A stretch of 64,000 nucleotides of DNA, taken from assembly GCA_963782115.1 (NCBI GenBank), contig CAWAIK010000001.1:608001-672000 (forward strand), read 5' to 3'. A program made the position numbers and the translations under genes. The DNA is from an uncultured Verrucomicrobiae bacterium. GTDB taxonomy: Bacteria; Verrucomicrobiota; Verrucomicrobiia; Chthoniobacterales; JAFAMB01. Numbering within the stretch: position 1 is the stretch's first letter; every line of letters begins with the position of its first letter. Positions 55,645 to 64,000 of the stretch are shown one piece after another. The notes beneath the pieces are model-generated. The model ran no database searches, was not told the DNA's origin, and was given only the letters and a program-made list of their open reading frames with translations.

Positions 55645-56939
55645 CTAGTCTTCTGGAAGCTCGAGGCTGATCAGGTCAGCATAACTTTGCCTACGCCGCA
55701 CGATCTTCGCGTCTGTGCCTGAAACCAGCACCTCCGCGGGAAGGGGTCTTGAATTATAGCTCGATGCCATGGTAAACCCGTAAGCGCCCGCGCTCATGAG
55801 GGCCAGAACATCCCCGGATTCCACCTGCGCAAGATCACGGTCCAGCGCGAAGAAATCGCCGCTTTCGCAGACTGGACCAACCACATCCACTTTGGTCAGC
55901 GGTTGATCCTTGGATTCCCGGACCGGTACGACTTCGTGATATCCCTGGTACAACGCCGGGCGGATCAGATCGTTCATGCCGGCATCGACAATGACAAAGG
56001 TTTTCGCCGGTGTCTTCTTGACATAGAGAACGCGAGTCAAAAGTACGCCTGCGTTTCCGACCAGAAACCTGCCCGGCTCGAGCAACACACGCACCGAGAG
56101 GCTCTTCAGGAGTGGGATCGTCGCTCCGGCGTATTCCTGGATCGTCAGTGCATGCTTGGATTCCTCTTCTTTCCACCAGACCTTGTCGCCGCTCTCAAGT
56201 GAACCCCGATAAACAATGCCGATTCCTCCTCCGATGCTGAAGAACTCGATACCGCACTCGGATTTTAACTTGCCGGACCAACGGCACCATTTTTTCGATC
56301 GCCTGTACGAACGGTTTGATCTCGGTGATCTGAGATCCGATGTGCATTTGCACGCCGCGAATCTTGATGTTGCTCATCCTTTTCGCCCGGTCGTAGACCT
56401 CCGCTACGCGATCGATCGCGATGCCGAATTTGTTCTCAGTTTTACCGGTACTGATGTATTTGTGGGTGTTCGCTGAAACGTCCGGATTCACCCGTATTGC
56501 GATCGGAGCCCGCTTGCTCAACGATTTGGCAATCTCGTCAATGGCGCTCAATTCCTGCTCCGATTCGATATTGAAGCTGAGTACCTCGCAGCGCAAAGCG
56601 TACTCGATCTCTTCACGACTTTTGCCGACACCGGCAAAGGTACACTTTGCCGGATTGCCTCCGGCCTTGATTACCCGATAAAGTTCGCCTCCGGAAACGA
56701 TGTCAAATCCGGCGCCTTGATCGGCGAGGAGACGAATGACAGAGAGATTCGAATTTGCTTTGACGGCGTAGCAGATCTCGTGACGCAGCTCCTGCAACGG
56801 CCTGGTCGAGCCGCTGATAGTGATCCACAATGGTTTGCGAGCTGTAGACATAGAGGGGTGTGCCATATCGCTCGGCGGCCTTGTCGAGAGGATAAGATTC
56901 GCAGGTCAGTTTGCCGCGTTGATAGTGAAACGAGTGCAT
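55645..56939 (-). CDS. lysA: Diaminopimelate decarboxylase (frameshifted)
   Basis: [38 protein letters not shown]. Confidence 0.95.
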
Positions 56940-56941
56940 GG

Positions 56942-57832
56942 TTAAACGGCAAATCCCGTCTGGTTCTCGCAGGCAATCACTGTATTGACCATCAACATCG
57001 CGACGGTCATTGGACCGACCCCGCCGGGTACCGGTGTGATGGCCCTTGTCTTTCGAAGCGGTTTCCTCAAAGGCGACATCGCCCGTGATTCGATATCCGC
57101 TTTCCGATGCTGGATCCTCCACGCGATTGATACCGACATCGATAACGACTGCTCCTTCCTTCACGTATTCGCCGCGTACAAATTCGGGCTTGCCGATGGC
57201 AGCCACGAGAATGTCTGCGGTTCGAGAGATGTCCGCCAGATTTCGGCTGCGGGAGTGCGCAATGGTAACGGTGGCGTCACCGCCTTTTCCTTTCCTCATC
57301 AACAAGAGGGCAAGCGGTTTGCCCACCAGCATGCTGCGCCCGATGATCACCACGTGCGCCCCGGTTGTTTCGATGCCGCTTTCCAGAAGAAGACTTTGGC
57401 ATCCTAAAGGCGTGCACGGAACAAGTGCGGTCGGATCACCCATCGCCAGTTTCCCGACATTCATCGGATGGAAACCGTCGACGTCTTTCGCCGGATCGAT
57501 CGCGACAACGATTTCTTCTTCATCGATGTGCGGGGGTGGAGGAGACTGGACCAGAATCCCGTGAATTGCCGGGTCCGCGTTCAAGACGTCGTAAGATCTT
57601 CAACAGATCGGACTGCGACGTTGTCTGCCGGCAGCTCAATCTTCCGGGAAAAAAAACCAAGCTTTTGGGAAGTCCGGTCTTTGTTTCGGACGTAGGTGAT
57701 CGATGCCGGATCCTCGCCGACGAGGACGACCGCCAGTCCTGGCGTGATTCCACGTTCCTTCAAACGCCCAACCTTCTCCCGGGTCTGCTCGTTTATCCGG
57801 TCCGCAACGGCTTTGCCATCGATCAAATTCAT
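56942..57832 (-). CDS. folD: Methylenetetrahydrofolate dehydrogenase/cyclohydrolase (frameshifted)
   Basis: [34 protein letters not shown]. Confidence 0.95.
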
Positions 57833-57941
57833 TCGGTGCCAGTTTTGGTGTCTTGTTTTTGCAAAGCTGAGCAGACTACGGCGCCTCATCGGATTTTCGG
57901 GAAACGAAAATCCGGAAACAAGAAGCCGACCTTGGTTCCGC

Positions 57942-59356
57942 TTACTGCAGCCACTCGGTATGGAACGCTCCCGGCTTGTCGATTCGTTCGTAGGTATGAG
58001 CGCCGAAATAGTCGCGCTGCGCCTGAAGCAGGTTTGCCGGCAAACGTTCCTGGCGATAGCTATCGAAATAGGCCAGGGACGCACCGAACGCAGGAACGGC
58101 GACACCGGCCTGAATCGCGATCGAAACCGCCAGGCGCCAATTTGCCTGACTTTCCTCCAGGATCGAGCTGAAGAACGGATCGAGCATCAGGTTCTCCAAT
58201 TGCGGGTTCCGATCGAATGCTTCTTTGATCCGATTCAGGAATTTCGCGCGAATAATGCAGCCTCCTCGCCAAATGGTTGCGATGTCGCCGAAATTCAAGG
58301 TGCCAATTGTAGTGTTTGCCGGCCGCGGCGAACAAGGTGAATCCCTGCGCGTACGAAATAATCTTCGAGGCGTACAAGGCATCGCGGACCGCGTCGACGA
58401 GTTTTTGGCGGTCTCCCTCGTATTTGAATGGAGGTGGTGCGGGGAGTTGCTTCGAGGCCCGAACGCGCTGCTCTTTCATCGAGGAGAGAACGCGCGCCTC
58501 TACAGCGGCATTGATCGTCGATATCACCACGCCCTGTTCGATGGCGGATAGCAGCGTCCATTTTCCGGTCCCTTTCTGGCCCGCTTTATCGAGGATCACG
58601 TCGACCAGGGGTTTGCCCGTTTCAGGATCTTTTCTGCGGAAGATGTTCGCAGTGATCTCGATTAGAAAACTGTCGAGGTCCCCCTTGTTCCAAGTATCGA
58701 AGACCTCATGCAATTCGTCTGCATTCAGCCCGAGCACGTCGCGCAGGATGGCGTACGCCTCGCAGATCAGTTGCATATCGCCGTACTCGATACCGTTGTG
58801 CACCATTTTAACGTAATGGCCCGCCCCTCCCGGGCCCATGTACCGGCAGCACGGCTCTCCATCCACTTGCGCGGCGATTTTTCGGTAAATCCGGCGAAAC
58901 AATATCCCAAGCTTCCTTTGTTCCTCCAGGCATCAAGGAAGGGCCTTTCAACGCTCCCTCTTCACCGCCCGAAACCCCAATTCCCAGGTAGTTAAAGCCC
59001 TTCGCGGACAAGGCCGCCTCGCGACGCTGGGTATCGGTGTACAAAGAATTTCCGCCGTCGATGACAACGTCGCCCTTATCCAGATGGGGCAACAATTGAT
59101 CGATGACCGCGTCGACCGCTGCGCCCGCCTTGACCATGATCATCATCTTGCGGGGCTTAGCCAGGCTTCCGACGAACTCTTCAATGGACCGCGTCGCTAA
59201 AATATTTTTCCCGGCGCCGCGGTTTGCAGCAAACTTCTCCGTCACCTCCGTTGTACGGTTAAAAACCGAAACGGAGAACCCTTTGCTCTCCATGTTGAGA
59301 ACGAGATTTTCGCCCATGACAGCGAGGCCGATTAGTCCGATATCTGAAGGATTCAT
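57942..59356 (-). CDS. gnd: NADP-dependent 6-phosphogluconate dehydrogenase (frameshifted)
   Basis: IGLAVMGENL, GHYVKMVHNGIEY, QKGTGKW, QAQRDYFGAHTY. Confidence 0.95.
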
Positions 59357-59424
59357 GAGTTGGGGATCGAAGGTTGAATTAACTGTAGATGTTTCGCAGT
59401 ATCTAACATCCAGGAAGGTTGGCA

Positions 59425-59823
59425 ATGCAGTTTTGTGACATCAGAATAACTAAACAACCTCTGGATGCAGCCAGCCTGCGCTTTTCGCGGACCGAAGGTG
59501 CGGTGGTCGATTTTTTCGGCGTGGTTCGAACAATCGAAAACGAGCGCTTGATCGACGGCATCGAATACGAAGCATTTGAGGCGATGGCAGAGCGTCAATT
59601 GGCGCTGATTGCCGATGAGGCCAGGGATCGGTACGGACTGGTTTCCGTGATCATTCATCATCGCATCGGATTAGTGCGAGCCGGAGAAGCTTCTTTGTTT
59701 GTGCGGGTTACCGCGCGCCACCGTCGGGCCGCGTTCGAGGGGAGCAGTCAGATCATCGAGCGGCTGAAACAAGCTGTTCCAATCTGGAAACACCCTGTCT
59801 ACGCGAGTGTTCAGATCGCATGA
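59425..59823 (+). CDS. moaE: Molybdopterin synthase catalytic subunit
   Basis: GAVVDFFGVVR, YEA..MA, HRIG, LK..VPIWK. Confidence 0.92.
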   Translation: MQFCDIRITKQPLDAASLRFSRTEGAVVDFFGVVRTIENERLIDGIEYEAFEAMAERQLALIADEARDRYGLVSVIIHHRIGLVRAGEASLFVRVTARHRRAAFEGSSQIIERLKQAVPIWKHPVYASVQIA

Positions 59824-60393
59824 ATCTTCCCAACCGGCTCACGATTCTTCGCCTGGTTTTGACGCTGCCATTCGTGGCTGCGCTCAGTCTTCAATTTCCA
59901 GGGGCTAAATTGTTGGCCCTAGGTTTATTCATCGCCAGCAGCATTACAGATTATGCCGACGGATATATCGCTCGAAAGTTTAAGTTGATCACGGATTTCG
60001 GAAAACTGATGGACCCGCTCGTCGACAAGATCATGACGATCTCCGCTTTCATTTGCCTGGTTTCTCTCGGAAGTGTCCCAGCCTGGGCAGTGATCGTGAT
60101 TGTGAGCCGCGAGTTTCTGATCACCGGGCTTCGCCTGATGGCCGCGGTTCGCGGCAAAGTGCTTCCTGCCGAGCGGTTGGGAAAACTCAAAACGGTTTGC
60201 CAGATCGTCACCATCCTCTATTGCCTGATCCTGGTGGCAATCATCGACCAGTTCGGGCGTCTGCTTAAACCGCCGACCATTACATCGCTCAATGTGGTCG
60301 GCTTAACTCTGGCTTTTCTTACCGTCGGATCTGACTCTCTGGTCCGGAATTTCGTATTTCGCAAAGAACTGGGATCTCGTCAGCGAGCTGTAG
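59820..60393 (+). CDS. pgsA: CDP-diacylglycerol--glycerol-3-phosphate 3-phosphatidyltransferase (3' frameshift)
   Basis: NLPN.LT, TDYADGYIAR, GKLMDPLVDK, REFLITGLR; true end SGISYFAKNWDLVSEL*. Confidence 0.92.
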
Positions 60394-60465
60394 GAGGCGA
60401 GCGGTCAGCCCTGGATGGCGCGAAGATAAGAAGGGTTTGGGCGATTCATTGCCCCGGAGGGGCTG

Positions 60466-60758
60466 CACCGTAGCCGCTTTGCCAACTGAAACCGTCGTGG
60501 CCTTTGCCTTTTAGGATCTTGCTCGAGCTGGTTTTGAGATTCTTGACCAGCGAGAGAGATCTTTCTGGAGAGACCGCAAAGAATGTGGACATGATCTGCC
60601 ACTCCTCCGACCTGAAGCGGAGCGCAGTCCAAAACTCGCAAGGTTCCGGTCAGATAAGCGTGTGCCTGCGATCGGACTTCCGTCGACTGCAAAAATGGAC
60701 TTCGATTTTTGGTGGAGAAAATAATGTGGACCAAGACCAGGGCGAGGGATTGAGACAT
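60466..60758 (-). pseudogene. Truncated IS200-like Y1 transposase
   Basis: MSQSL..VHIIFSTKNR, DHVHIL, FSWQSGYG, then breaks off before the catalytic Tyr. Confidence 0.85.
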
Positions 60759-60920
60759 GTTATTAACACACAATAAATTTATGTTCCTGTCACTCTATAT
60801 CTTGCGCCCTTCCAGGGCGCGTCGCCACGGGTGTTCCGTTCCAGGGTTGAAACCCTGAGCATTATACACAACTCGGAGAAGCGGCGGATACCTGAAAGCA
60901 TCGCTCGGTGGTGCCAACAA

Positions 60921-62330
60921 ATACAGGCTGGAAACCTATGCTATAATATGCCACACTGCTCTCCGGACTGTCTGCGATCTCGCAAGGACATCCTGACGCT
61001 TTCTCCGCGAACCCGCAGCAACGACGCAACGGCGTAAAGTAGCATAGGCTTCCAGCCTGTATCGAACCACCAACCGACTTCGATTTTTCATCCGGACAAT
61101 CCGAAATCGCCGGCCCCGATAAGAACGCCAGCCAACCGCAGTCGACGCTCGATACAGGCTGGAAGCCTATGCTACTTTGCTCTCCGGACTGGCACGCGAG
61201 GTATGGAAATCCTCCTGCAAAGCGCTTCCGCGTACCCGCCACGACATGGCAACGCCGTTATGTAATATAGGCTGCCACCATGTATCGAGTCACCGACCGG
61301 CTTCATGTTCAAAATAGACGCACACACAACATATGTATATTGTGTTACTAAGTGCAAAATTTCTTCGATCCCGAAGCCGATTTCAGGTTTATCGTCGCAA
61401 GGCGGATTGAAGGCGAGCCAAAGTTTTCGTTGTTCTTCTAAAGCTCCGCTCAACTGGAACGCTTCGAGCAATACATTCGAGACAATCCGAAATCGTTGCC
61501 CCCGGATAAGAACCCGAACCAACCGTAGTCGACGCTCGATACAGGCTGGAAGCCTATGCTACTTTGCTCTCCGGACTGGCACGCGAGGTATGGAAATCCT
61601 TCCGCGTACCCGCCACGACATGAGTCACCGACCGGCTTTATGTTCAAAATGGATATGTACACAACATGTGTATATTGTGTTACTTCATGCAAAATTTCTT
61701 CGATCCCGAAGCCGATTTCCAGGTTTATCGTCGCAACCTTCCCCATCGCAGACAGGCAGGCGTCACCTATTTCGTAACTTTCCACCTGGCCGATTCGTTG
61801 CCCGCACAAAAGTTGGCAGCTTTAGAAGAACAACGAAAACTTTGGCTCGGCTTCAATCCGCCTCCTCACCACGAACGCCAAATCGAAGAGTATCATCGCA
61901 ACTTCTCGACGCGTATTCATGAATGGCTTGATGCCGGCCATGGTGGGTGCGTTTTAGCCCGCCCGAAGATCTATCGACTAGTCGAAAGCGTTTTGATTTT
62001 CTTTCATGGGCAACGGTATGCGCTCGGCGAATATATCGTAATGCCGAATCACGTTCACGCACTGGTTCGACCGCTCGATGACCACCGCCTCGACGGCATC
62101 CTTCATTCGTGGAAATCGTTTTCGGCAAACCAGATCAACAAAATGTCCGGTTCGCGCGGTCGCGTGTGGCATCCGGAATCCTTTGATCACATTGTCTAAA
62201 GCTCCGCTCAACTGGAACGCTTCGAGCAATACATTCGAGACAATCCGAAATCGTTGCCCCCGGATAAGAACCCGAACCAACCGTAGTCGACGCTCGATAC
62301 AGGCTGGAAGCATATGCTTCCAGCCTGTAT
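60921..62330. repeat. REP family TCGATACAGGCTGGAAGCCTATGCTACTTT, ~7 copies in both orientations
   Basis: + at 60921, 61149, 61536, 62295; - at 61036, 61262 (degenerate), 62314. Confidence 0.92.
61687..62286 (+). pseudogene. REP-associated tyrosine transposase with premature TAA at 62197-62199
   Basis: NLPH, YFVTF.LADSLP, VMPNHVH (HUH), W..ESFDHIV*; YIRDNP with the catalytic Tyr lies after the stop. Confidence 0.88.
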
Positions 62331-62543
62331 TTGTTGGCACCACCGAGCGATGCTTTCCAGACAATCGATAGTGGCGCTGGGCTTGTGACCGCTTCCCGCC
62401 GACAAATTGTGTATAATGATCAGGGTTGAGACCCTGGGCTCAATCCTCCTGTCCCTTCGGGACGAAGAACCATCCCAAACAGCCCTTAACTTAACTTAGC
62501 GACATTCCGGTCAGTCCTCGCATCTCGTTTTTAGGTTCCGGAA

Positions 62544-63176
62544 TCAAAAGTTGTCGTTAAAATGCCCGCAGACGCGGAGGTGCCCGTCGGCAATCTCAAA
62601 AATCTCCGTGGAGATCGGCCAGGGATCGTTGTGATACAGGCTATGCACCAATGGGGCAAAGGATTGGATGTCTGTCGCCAACCGCGGGAAGAAGAAGATT
62701 GTCTGGCGATTCGGAATGGCAAAATAGCAGTCCGGTCCAAGCAAATCCGCATAACGGTTGCCGAGCTCCGGCAAGAGCAGGATTGAAGACAACGTGGGAT
62801 CAGGCCTCTCGACGCGAAGCGCGGTGATGACCCCGCTGGAGTCTCTGATGATTTCCGGCCTGACCGTTCCAAGAAGCCGGCGCGCGTGATCGAGAGTTTT
62901 TTGGGTCGAGGCGAAGCGGTCCTTTTCCGCCAGTTCCTGCGGTTTGGCAGGTGCCAGGGTCTCGCTGTCTATTACCCGATAATAAGCCAGAAGGGTTTGC
63001 TTCGTTCCTTCAACGGGTATGGTGATGGGCGACCTGTAAAAATAAGGATCGAGGATCAGAAAAAATTGATCGGCGTCGGTTCGAAACACGGCGGTGACTG
63101 TCAACAAGAAGAGCAATACTATTCGGCGGTAGAGTTTGCAGTTTCTTGCCTCTCGCGTACTTCTATTCAGCATCAT
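62544..63176 (-). CDS. Hypothetical exported protein (start uncertain)
   Basis: Long ORF with N-terminal hydrophobic stretch, divergent from ruvA. Confidence 0.6.
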   Translation of the reverse strand: MMLNRSTREARNCKLYRRIVLLFLLTVTAVFRTDADQFFLILDPYFYRSPITIPVEGTKQTLLAYYRVIDSETLAPAKPQELAEKDRFASTQKTLDHARRLLGTVRPEIIRDSSGVITALRVERPDPTLSSILLLPELGNRYADLLGPDCYFAIPNRQTIFFFPRLATDIQSFAPLVHSLYHNDPWPISTEIFEIADGHLRVCGHFNDNF

Positions 63177-63777
63177 GATATCCTTTCTCGATGGCGAACT
63201 TGTTGAGGCGTTGCCCACGCAGGTAGTCATCTCAGTTCAGGGCGTTGGATACCTCGTCCAGATCCCTCTCTCAAGCTTTGAGCATTTGCCGGCGATCGGC
63301 GCGCGCTTGAAACTGTTGACTCATTTGGTGGTGCGAGAGGATGCACACTTGCTGTTTGGATTTGTGACCGCGGCTGAGCGGGATCTTTTTCGTCTTCTTG
63401 TTCAACATGTCACGGGTGTGGGCCCGAAGCTCGCGTTAGCCGTGCTGAGCAAGATGAGCGTCGGCCAGTTCAAGGCCGCCGTCGTGAACGAGGATCCCAA
63501 CGCGTTATCGAAAGTCAGCGGACTCGGCAAGAAAACGGCAGAAAGAATTATTTTGGAGCTAAAGGACAAGGTCGGAGTCGCTGCTGCGTGGGAGTTGGCT
63601 GCTTCGGGTCGGAACGATCAACAAGCCAAGGTGAACGACGCGGTCCTGGCACTCCTGTCTTTGGGCTTTAAACAAGTTGAAGCGCAAAAGACCGTTCGCG
63701 AGATTCTTTCCCGGGCGAAAGGGGAAGAGATCGATACCGAAGAACTGGTTCGCCGCGCGCTCAAGCAGTTGGCGTAG
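63175..63777 (+). CDS. ruvA: Holliday junction branch migration protein RuvA
   Basis: GVGY, VREDA..LFGF, GVGPKLA, GLGKKTAERIILELK, ALLSLGF. Confidence 0.95.
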   Translation: MISFLDGELVEALPTQVVISVQGVGYLVQIPLSSFEHLPAIGARLKLLTHLVVREDAHLLFGFVTAAERDLFRLLVQHVTGVGPKLALAVLSKMSVGQFKAAVVNEDPNALSKVSGLGKKTAERIILELKDKVGVAAAWELAASGRNDQQAKVNDAVLALLSLGFKQVEAQKTVREILSRAKGEEIDTEELVRRALKQLA

Positions 63778-63785
63778 GAGAATAA

Positions 63786-64000
63786 ATGGATTATTCCGTC
63801 GCTCTAGAGCGTATCCAACGCGTTCGCGAACGGTTTCCCGAAAAAGGGATTGTTCGCGCAGAAGGAGTGGCTGATTTCGCCGCAACCTTTTTTGATTAGT
63901 GCGCAGTTTGCGGACGAACTCGAACGGCTCGGGCATTGGTTGCTCAAATTTGTCAGGGCGTCCAATCTCCTCTACTACCTCAGCGTAAAAGGCAAAGAAC
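63786..64000 (+). CDS. Hypothetical protein (5' part, runs off window; frameshift near 63845)
   Basis: AGGAG RBS, ATG 63786, corrected reading PEKGLFAQKEWLISPQPF. Confidence 0.55.

Larger units (their letters stand above)
60841..62439. mobile_element. Nested REP/RAYT locus bounded by inverted repeats
   Basis: 60894-60933 is the exact reverse complement of 62318-62357 (40 bp), with a degenerate extension out to CAGGGTTGA(A/G)ACCCTG hairpins. Confidence 0.75.

Noticed and set aside
57833..57941. Riboswitch (ZTP/THF) upstream of folD
   Set aside because: Only a 10-bp hairpin (57890-57914) is visible; I found no conserved aptamer motifs
38900..59400. Mass pseudogenisation or programmed frameshifting of nuo, metH, lysA, folD, gnd
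   Set aside because: Scattered single-base indels in otherwise well conserved genes, with no nonsense codons seen, indicate sequencing error

Overview
Bacterial chromosomal window, probably a soil Verrucomicrobiota (Chthoniobacterales-like; inferred from gene style, not verified). Many single-base indels in housekeeping genes (metH, gnd, folD, lysA, several nuo genes, PBP1A) look like long-read errors. Core blocks: iolD-iolG-iolB; MidA-type methyltransferase, PBP1A, lactonase and UxaA-family dehydratase; metG, TPR protein and SurA/PpiD-like chaperone; nuoD-N divergent from ndh, with a perfect Rex box between them; NUDIX-ubiA-metH; an ECF pair; gnd-folD-lysA; moaE-pgsA; ruvA. Between them lie decayed patches built from short fragments of unrelated genes. 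The most notable structures are two HUH/Y1 (RAYT-like) transposase loci. (i) 15.3-18.4 kb: a transposase and a tiny lipoprotein gene sit inside ~64-bp inverted repeats, followed by a one-directional array of ~15 GACCTGTCCCC..CTCCA repeats. Two repeat ends are joined directly to ~135-bp diverged copies of neighbouring genes. (ii) 60.4-62.5 kb: a nested REP/RAYT amplification with a template-switch chimera and a 34-bp perfect palindrome. I saw no rRNA, tRNA or CRISPR-Cas.
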